Origin: Candidatus Micrarchaeia archaeon
GTDB lineage: Archaea > Micrarchaeota > Micrarchaeia > Micrarchaeales > CABMGC01
Length of the DNA stretch: 64,000 nt
Assembly: GCA_049976305.1 (NCBI GenBank)
Contig: JBMFIM010000001.1
Location: forward strand, 1 to 64,000
Direction of reading: 5' to 3'
In this document: positions 58,065 to 64,000 of the stretch, in pieces
How the letters are laid out: each line of letters begins with the position of its first letter
Position numbering within the stretch: the first letter of the stretch is position 1
Notes under the pieces: model-generated
What the model saw: only the letters and a program-made list of their open reading frames with translations
Database searches by the model: none
Told to the model about the DNA's origin: nothing
Made by a program: the position numbers and the translations under genes

Positions 58065-59075
58065 GTGGCAAACCTAAAAATCCTTGAAGGAGTAGACAGC
58101 AAACTATCAGAAGAGCTAAACCTTAGCTATTATTCTAAAACCATCAATCTTCATTTTAAAACTTTTGCTATGTCGGAAGATTACAAAGGCGCTTCGGCTT
58201 TGCTCCTATACTTTTTTTTAAACGAACAACCAGAAATGCAGAGCGAAAGTAGAATTAACATCCTTGAGTTGGGTGCACACGGCATTTATTTTGAAAGAGG
58301 AGTATATAAGTATATGAAATTGCTAGATAAACAAAATAAGACAAACTATGCAGAAAGGATAATATACAGGATACTAGACATCTCTAAAGAAGCCATAGAA
58401 ATTGCTAAAAAAAGCTATGATCTTGACAGAGATGGGTACTTCCTAACAGAATTCTATTTAGGAAATGCTTTAGATAAAAATTCGGTTCCGCCAGAAAACC
58501 ATGCTATCATAATGAATGAATTGCTTGACGATCTCGGCCACATGGTAGTAAAACGCGATGGAAAAGAGTTGCACGAGGTTATATTTTGTCTAGAGTGTGT
58601 AGGCGAGGATGCATGGCTTACTCCGTGTGAGGAACGACCACTCAAGGGAATACCTAAAAATGATCAGCTACGAATAATGCGAAGGCTAAAAGATGGCTAT
58701 GCAACAACATACTCGCCTCCGATACCTATATTATTTGACAATATAGAAGGAGCTTCGCGGGAACCAACCTTAACGATGGTCCATGATTACTTTATCTATC
58801 AGTCAAACTCCCCTAGGCTAGGCCGAGTATACGGTTCGATAAATTGCAACAACAAAGAACAGGTGAAAATAAACGGCTCTATTCAGATCACATACGACGT
58901 AAATTTTGGCGAACTCATTTACACGATGAAAAAACACGGCTTCGATATAATAGCAACTATGCCAACTGGCGATTTTGTAAAGGGCAATTTTGTCAACGTA
59001 CCGATAAATAAAATCAAAAGATTGCTAGAGGACAGAAACAGCTATCTTAACATCGCAGCAGTAAAAAGACCTTAG
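58065..59075 (+). CDS. SAM-dependent methyltransferase, MidA/NDUFAF7-like
   Basis: FKT, ILELGAHG, ILDIS, NELLDDL, HDY, QITYDVNF. Confidence 0.7.
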   Translation: MANLKILEGVDSKLSEELNLSYYSKTINLHFKTFAMSEDYKGASALLLYFFLNEQPEMQSESRINILELGAHGIYFERGVYKYMKLLDKQNKTNYAERIIYRILDISKEAIEIAKKSYDLDRDGYFLTEFYLGNALDKNSVPPENHAIIMNELLDDLGHMVVKRDGKELHEVIFCLECVGEDAWLTPCEERPLKGIPKNDQLRIMRRLKDGYATTYSPPIPILFDNIEGASREPTLTMVHDYFIYQSNSPRLGRVYGSINCNNKEQVKINGSIQITYDVNFGELIYTMKKHGFDIIATMPTGDFVKGNFVNVPINKIKRLLEDRNSYLNIAAVKRP

Positions 59076-59123
59076 TTTTGAGACTGAATAGTTGACTAGA
59101 ATAGAGATTGATACCACGCTCCA

Positions 59124-59603
59124 TTATTTTATTCGGCTCTTTTGGTCTTTCTTTGTCTGCCATTTTCTCATATCGTAAACATATTGAAATTGGGTAGCAT
59201 CGCCATAGTAAGATCTTGCCTCCGGACTTATATTTTTATCTTGTTCCCTCTTACGTCTTATTTCGCCCAGCCATTTTTTAAACTCCTCATAAGTTTGATA
59301 ACGCTCCAATCTAGGTCCAAATACTGTTATTTCGTTAGGTTCGGCGCCCAGCTTGTTTTTTATATTGTGGTATACCTTATCAGGAATCCCTTCTTTTACA
59401 TGGGAAAAGTACACAAGAACGCATCCGCCAGACTCTTCTACATCAAACCCAAGACCAAAAAAATAAAACCGAAGGCCAAGAGAATAAGCTCCATAGCCAT
59501 TTTTGCATTTTGAATCACATATAGAGTCATCAGTTCTAAGTGCTTCAATTACACTTGAATATAGGTCTTTTTTATTTTCCTTGGATGATTTAAAAAAGAG
59601 CAC
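59124..59603 (-). CDS. hypothetical protein
   Basis: 159-aa ORF in AT-rich segment. Confidence 0.55.
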   Translation of the reverse strand: MLFFKSSKENKKDLYSSVIEALRTDDSICDSKCKNGYGAYSLGLRFYFFGLGFDVEESGGCVLVYFSHVKEGIPDKVYHNIKNKLGAEPNEITVFGPRLERYQTYEEFKKWLGEIRRKREQDKNISPEARSYYGDATQFQYVYDMRKWQTKKDQKSRIK

Positions 59604-59611
59604 CTCATTAC

Positions 59612-59977
59612 CTATCTTTTAACTTTTAGTATTATTTGGTCATAGTTTAAGGGAACGTTTAGTTCTAAGGCATCCCTAGCTTCAACCTCCCTGTTACGTA
59701 TAATCCGTACCTCCGCTTGCTTTGCCACTGCCACCGTCTTAATTGCATCAGCTATCTCACGCACCTTGTCAACTATTAGAGCGTTGGGAAATATTATATC
59801 TGCTTCGTTGTCAGTTATATAAACCACATCTATGCCAGTGTTTTTGAATGATATCTTGCTTTCTTTATTTTCTATTTCTAATACATAAGATTCGCCAACC
59901 TTTCTCTGGATTGCTTTTGCTAATGTTTCTACGAACTGTAAATTTCTGCGATGATGCACTACTTGGCCAGAATACAT
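59612..59977 (-). CDS. hypothetical protein
   Basis: 121-aa ORF, tandem with 59124-59603. Confidence 0.6.
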   Translation of the reverse strand: MYSGQVVHHRRNLQFVETLAKAIQRKVGESYVLEIENKESKISFKNTGIDVVYITDNEADIIFPNALIVDKVREIADAIKTVAVAKQAEVRIIRNREVEARDALELNVPLNYDQIILKVKR

Positions 59978-60052
59978 AAAAATTTTAGAACTGCGATACT
60001 ATTTAAACATTAGCATTAAAGTTATTAACCTCTATTGTGACATAATTTTTGC

Positions 60053-60169
60053 GCCAGGATGGCGGAATCCGGTAACGCGTACGCCTGGAGGCTCTCCCAG
60101 GTAGCGTATGGCTCTTCCGAGCCTTCTGGGTTCAAAACAGCTTCTGCTGGGAAAATCCCAGTCCTGGCG
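60053..60169 (+). tRNA. tRNA-Ser(GGA) with introns at 37/38 (60091-60102) and 59/60 (60137-60155)
   Basis: acceptor GCCAGGA/TCCTGGC, long variable arm, two BHB-like junctions. Confidence 0.9.
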
Positions 60170-60202
60170 TTATTTAGATGTTTTATAGGAAAAGGGATAC
60201 GC

Positions 60203-60538
60203 ATGGAATCTAAAATAATAGCGGCGACAATAGATGACAGTTCGATGTTAACCGGAATAGGAAGGGCGCAAAGGATTGCAATAATTGAGGTTAAAGAAGG
60301 CAAAATAGCAAAAATCGAGGAGTTCGAAGTAAAATGGGACGAGGCCCATGAGAAAGAAGAAGAGGGTCTTCACCATGCCAACATTGCCAGATTTCTAAGA
60401 TCGCACAACGTTACAGACATAATTGCATTCGGAGCAGGGCCTGATATGCAGCGCATGATAGAAAGGCTTGGCATCAGGCTTCATTTCTCTTCTGGAGATT
60501 ATCAAGAAGCTGCAAAAAGGCTTATAGAAAGTGCCTAA
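60203..60538 (+). CDS. NifB/NifX-like (FeMo-cofactor-binding fold) protein
   Basis: GIGRAQRIAIIEV, IIAFGAGP; start ATG 60203 after the tRNA. Confidence 0.75.
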   Translation: MESKIIAATIDDSSMLTGIGRAQRIAIIEVKEGKIAKIEEFEVKWDEAHEKEEEGLHHANIARFLRSHNVTDIIAFGAGPDMQRMIERLGIRLHFSSGDYQEAAKRLIESA

Positions 60539-60539
60539 C

Positions 60540-60935
60540 CTAATCGGGCTCGAACTTGTATTGGTAATAAATAAGGCCTTCGTCTCCTTCTTTGTATATG
60601 CGCCTTAGCACCGCCCTTACCCTTGTGCCAATCTGCACTGGCTTGCCATTGTCAACAATATGCCCTTCCACGATCGGTCCTTCGTCTAGCTTTATCAGCG
60701 CAACGGTGTATGGAGCTAAGTCCTCAAAGCCGTCTGGAGGCGAGCGAATTATTGTATATGAGTAAATTTCGCCAGTTCCTTTGAACCTTAGGTCTTTCAT
60801 CTTTGAGTTTCTGCCGCAATTCCTGCACACTAGCCTTGGCGGAAAGTATTTTGCCCCGCAATTTTCGCACATATTGCCCAGGAGTATGTACCTAGACCTT
60901 ACTTTTCTCCACAAATCAGCAGGAGACTTTTCCAT
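60540..60935 (-). CDS. DUF35 Zn-ribbon/OB-fold protein (thiolase-HMGS scaffold)
   Basis: CENCG...FPPRLVCRNC, GEIYSYT. Confidence 0.92.
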   Translation of the reverse strand: MEKSPADLWRKVRSRYILLGNMCENCGAKYFPPRLVCRNCGRNSKMKDLRFKGTGEIYSYTIIRSPPDGFEDLAPYTVALIKLDEGPIVEGHIVDNGKPVQIGTRVRAVLRRIYKEGDEGLIYYQYKFEPD

Positions 60936-60942
60936 AAAACCA

Positions 60943-62106
60943 CTAATTTACGCGCTTAAGTATGTGCACAACGGCAGTTGCACCGCTACCGCCGACGTTG
61001 TGTGTGAGCCCAATTTCTGCGCCATCTACTTGCCTACCTTCAGCCTCTCCCCTTAGCTGCCAAGTAATCTCAACCGCCTGCTTTATTCCTGTAGCACCTA
61101 CAGGATGCCCGCAACCTTTAAGTCCGCCGCTGGTGTTGACAGAAACATCGCCGTTTATTGCGGTTCTGCCTTCTTCTATGGCTTTTGCCGCCTCGCCTTT
61201 TTTGAAAAAGCCTAGGTCTTCCATTGCAATTATCTCCGCTATAGTAAAACAGTCATGAACCTCTGCCACGTCTATGTCCTTTGGCGTTACCTTTGCATGC
61301 TCATACGCCTTCTGGCTTGCGATCCTTGCTGCCTTTATGCTGGTAAGGCTCTCTCTGTCTGCCAGCCTCAGGGTATCGCTTGCCTGCTCGCTTGCTGCTA
61401 TCAGTACCGGCGTATCGTTGTATTTCTTTGCAACCTCCATCGGAGCCAGCACTATTGCGGCTGCACCATCGGTAATTGGCGAGCAGTCAAGAAGTTTCAG
61501 AGGGTCTGCAACCATCTTTGAATTGAGCACATCATCTATCGTTATGCGCCTGTGGAACTGGGCGTATTTGTTGTGGTAGGCGTTTTCATGATTCTTTACT
61601 GCTACTGCTGCCATTTGCTCCTCAGTAGTACCGTATTCGTGCATATGCCGCCTTGCCATGAGGGCATACAGGCCTGGGAATGTTAGACCTTGGAAGAGCT
61701 CCCATTCTTGATCCCCAGCTCCGCCTAGTGCAGTTGTGGCTTCGCCTGTGCTTACATCTGTCATTTTCTCAACTCCGCCTACAACCACTATGTCATGGAG
61801 GCCGCTGGCGACCGCCATGTAGCCTTGCCTGAGTGCCGTACCGCCGCTGGCACACGCATTCTCAACACGCGTAGCAGGTATGTTGCCAAGGCCGAGCTGA
61901 TCAGCCATAAGCGCTGCAACGTGCTCTTGACCTATGAATCTGCCTGGTGTCATACTGCCACCATAGATGGCATCAATATCCTTGCTGGATATGCCTGCAT
62001 CTTCCAAGGCTGCAAGTCCGGCTTCAGCCATAAGCTCCTTTATTCCTGATTCCCATCTTTCACCAAACTTTGTAAGACCAACGCCTATAATTGCCACATC
62101 TCTCAT
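60943..62106 (-). CDS. acetoacetyl-CoA thiolase (archaeal type)
   Basis: [21 protein letters not shown]. Confidence 0.94.
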   Translation of the reverse strand: MRDVAIIGVGLTKFGERWESGIKELMAEAGLAALEDAGISSKDIDAIYGGSMTPGRFIGQEHVAALMADQLGLGNIPATRVENACASGGTALRQGYMAVASGLHDIVVVGGVEKMTDVSTGEATTALGGAGDQEWELFQGLTFPGLYALMARRHMHEYGTTEEQMAAVAVKNHENAYHNKYAQFHRRITIDDVLNSKMVADPLKLLDCSPITDGAAAIVLAPMEVAKKYNDTPVLIAASEQASDTLRLADRESLTSIKAARIASQKAYEHAKVTPKDIDVAEVHDCFTIAEIIAMEDLGFFKKGEAAKAIEEGRTAINGDVSVNTSGGLKGCGHPVGATGIKQAVEITWQLRGEAEGRQVDGAEIGLTHNVGGSGATAVVHILKRVN

Positions 62107-62110
62107 AGCA

Positions 62111-63157
62111 TCACCGTTCTATACTCCCCCTGTTTCGCAAATAGGTAGCGTAGTCCACATAAATCTTGCCTTCGCTTATCATCTTCTCCACAGCTTCTAT
62201 TGCGTATCTTTTCTCTTCTATTGGCTCCTTGACTTCCAGCGCGAAGGAATCGCTGCCTGCCCCAGAGCCGAAGCTTGTAACCATTATCTTCTCTCCAGGC
62301 TTAGCAACATCAAGCGTGGCTGCAAGGCCGAGCATGGAAGCGCCAGAGTAGGTATTGCCTATTCTCGGCGTAAGCAAACCATACTTTATTTGTTCCTCGC
62401 TAAACCCGAGCTGCTTTGCAACCTGCATAGGAAACTTTCCGTTAGGCTGGTGAAAAACAGCGTAGGCAAAGTCGCTAGGCTTAAGCCCTGTTTCTTCCAA
62501 AAGCTTATGGGTTGCATTTATTATGTGCTTGAAATATGCCGGCTCGCCAGTAAACCTGCCGCCGTGTGAAGGGTATCTTGCCCCTTCCCTTCTCCAAAAG
62601 TCGGGCGTGTCTGTCACATAGCTAACTGTTTTTATTATCTCAGCTATTATCTCCTTCTTTTCTTTTCCTATGATGAATGCGGCGCCCCCGGCGCTTGCTG
62701 TGTACTCTAGTGCGTCACCGGGTCTGCCTTGCGAAGTATCAGAACCTATGGCCATTCCATATTCTATCATGCCGCTGAGCACCTCAGCAGCAATTATCTG
62801 CATGCCGTCTGTGCCTGCCTTGCATGCAAACTCCAAGTCAGAAGCCATGGCATAAGGGCTTGCATCTATTGCTTCTGCCACTATACTTGCAGTAGGCTTG
62901 ACAGCGTAAGGCGGAGATTCAGAGCCGACATAGATGGCGCCTATTTTGCTGGCATCAATACCAGCATGCTTTATCGCCCTCCTTGCCGCCTCTACTGCTA
63001 TAGTTGCTGAGTCCTCGTCTATTCCGGGCACGCTTTTCTCAAATATGTTAAGTCCGGATTTTATCGACTCTGCATCTTCTCCCCACACTCTCGCTATCTC
63101 CTCTACCTTTATCCTGTACTTAGGCACATACGCCCCATACCCAACAATGCCTACCAA
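62111..63157 (-). CDS. hydroxymethylglutaryl-CoA synthase
   Basis: [33 protein letters not shown]; likely TTG start 63157. Confidence 0.95.
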   Translation of the reverse strand: MVGIVGYGAYVPKYRIKVEEIARVWGEDAESIKSGLNIFEKSVPGIDEDSATIAVEAARRAIKHAGIDASKIGAIYVGSESPPYAVKPTASIVAEAIDASPYAMASDLEFACKAGTDGMQIIAAEVLSGMIEYGMAIGSDTSQGRPGDALEYTASAGGAAFIIGKEKKEIIAEIIKTVSYVTDTPDFWRREGARYPSHGGRFTGEPAYFKHIINATHKLLEETGLKPSDFAYAVFHQPNGKFPMQVAKQLGFSEEQIKYGLLTPRIGNTYSGASMLGLAATLDVAKPGEKIMVTSFGSGAGSDSFALEVKEPIEEKRYAIEAVEKMISEGKIYVDYATYLRNRGSIER

Positions 63158-63161
63158 GCAA

Positions 63162-64000
63162 TCACCTATATTCCTCAAGAAGCTGCAGCACTTGCTCCTT
63201 CGTATGCTGAGGCTGCTTGGCAAGGCTGCCTTTCTTCAGAGTTATATCAAGCTCATTGTATGTTGGCCTCTCTACCTTATAGAACAGGCCAATTGGTATT
63301 TTGCTCCAGTTGCTTCTCTCAGCCTCTGTTGCAAGATTAAACGCTGAGGCCAAGTCAGAGGTGTTGTTTCCTTGGAGCTTGTATATGCGCTGCCTGAACC
63401 AGTCGTAGGTGTTTAGCGTGTTAAAGCTTACGCAAGGGCTGAACACATCGATCAAGGCAAAGCCTTTATGCACTATGCCTTCTTTTATCAATTCGCTAAG
63501 GTGCGCAGGGTCTCCAGAAAAACCTCTTGCAACAAAGGTTGCGCCAGATGCAAGCGCTAGCGCAAGCGGGTTGACAGGATCTTCGATGTCACCGAAAGGC
63601 GTAGACTTAGTTTTGGCGCCGACAAGGCTCGTGGGAGAAGCTTGGCCAGTGGTTAGGCCGTATATCTGGTTGTTCATTACTATGTAGGCAATGTCTATGT
63701 TCCTCCTTGCTGCATGGATAAGATGGGCTACACCTATGCCATAAGCGTCACCATCGCCTGCAGTGCCTATTACCTCTAGATCACTGTTTGCAAGCTTTAC
63801 GCCTGTAGCAACTGGCAATACTCTGCCGTGTATACTGTGTATGCCGTATGTGCTGAATACATGTGGCATTGCAGAGCTGCAGCCTATTCCAGATACCATA
63901 ACCACTTTGCTCTTGTCTATTTGGAGCTCGTTCAAAGCCCTCAGAATGCCTGCCTGAACTCCATAATCGCCACATCCGGGGCACCATACCGGCTTTACGC
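63162..64000 (-). CDS. 2-oxoacid:ferredoxin oxidoreductase beta subunit (5' end outside window)
   Basis: [30 protein letters not shown]. Confidence 0.95.
   Translation of the reverse strand, partial: VKPVWCPGCGDYGVQAGILRALNELQIDKSKVVMVSGIGCSSAMPHVFSTYGIHSIHGRVLPVATGVKLANSDLEVIGTAGDGDAYGIGVAHLIHAARRNIDIAYIVMNNQIYGLTTGQASPTSLVGAKTKSTPFGDIEDPVNPLALALASGATFVARGFSGDPAHLSELIKEGIVHKGFALIDVFSPCVSFNTLNTYDWFRQRIYKLQGNNTSDLASAFNLATEAERSNWSKIPIGLFYKVERPTYNELDITLKKGSLAKQPQHTKEQVLQLLEEYR

Noticed and set aside
58030..60169. Integrated virus/element at tRNA-Ser
   Set aside because: No integrase, no duplicated tRNA end and no viral hallmark genes seen
60059..60202. N-terminal extension of ORF 60059-60538 (and 55877-55915)
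   Set aside because: Overlaps tRNA genes; starts reassigned downstream

Overview
Archaeal chromosomal window, most likely DPANN (Candidatus Micrarchaeota-like). This is inferred from the archaeal r-proteins (L34e, L14e, S26e), MCM, PCNA, two FtsZ and tRNAs with introns at non-canonical positions. Most of it is housekeeping: the L3-L4-L23-L2-S19-L22-S3-L29-aIF1 operon, LeuRS, ArgRS, grpE-dnaK-dnaJ, Lhr, GDH, SOD, an ABC exporter and an OFOR-beta/HMG-CoA synthase/thiolase/DUF35 cluster. There are three tRNAs: Cys, Arg with a T-loop intron, and Ser with two introns. Most notable observations: (1) three genes, including leuS, have ACG exactly where the initiator should be and no upstream in-frame ATG/GTG/TTG, and a fourth probably starts at ATA, suggesting relaxed start-codon usage; (2) three non-autonomous IS200/IS605 remnants, one apparently keeping a TnpB omega-RNA scaffold without any ORF; (3) an 876-aa tandem metallophosphoesterase/coiled-coil protein between mcm and pcn; (4) a solo Cas4-like nuclease with its Cys triad N-terminal to the nuclease core; (5) a structured leader with a short uORF upstream of a wHTH-ilvE pair. 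Three single-base homopolymer frameshifts suggest assembly errors, so base-level claims need read validation. All product calls come from motif recognition, not database searches.
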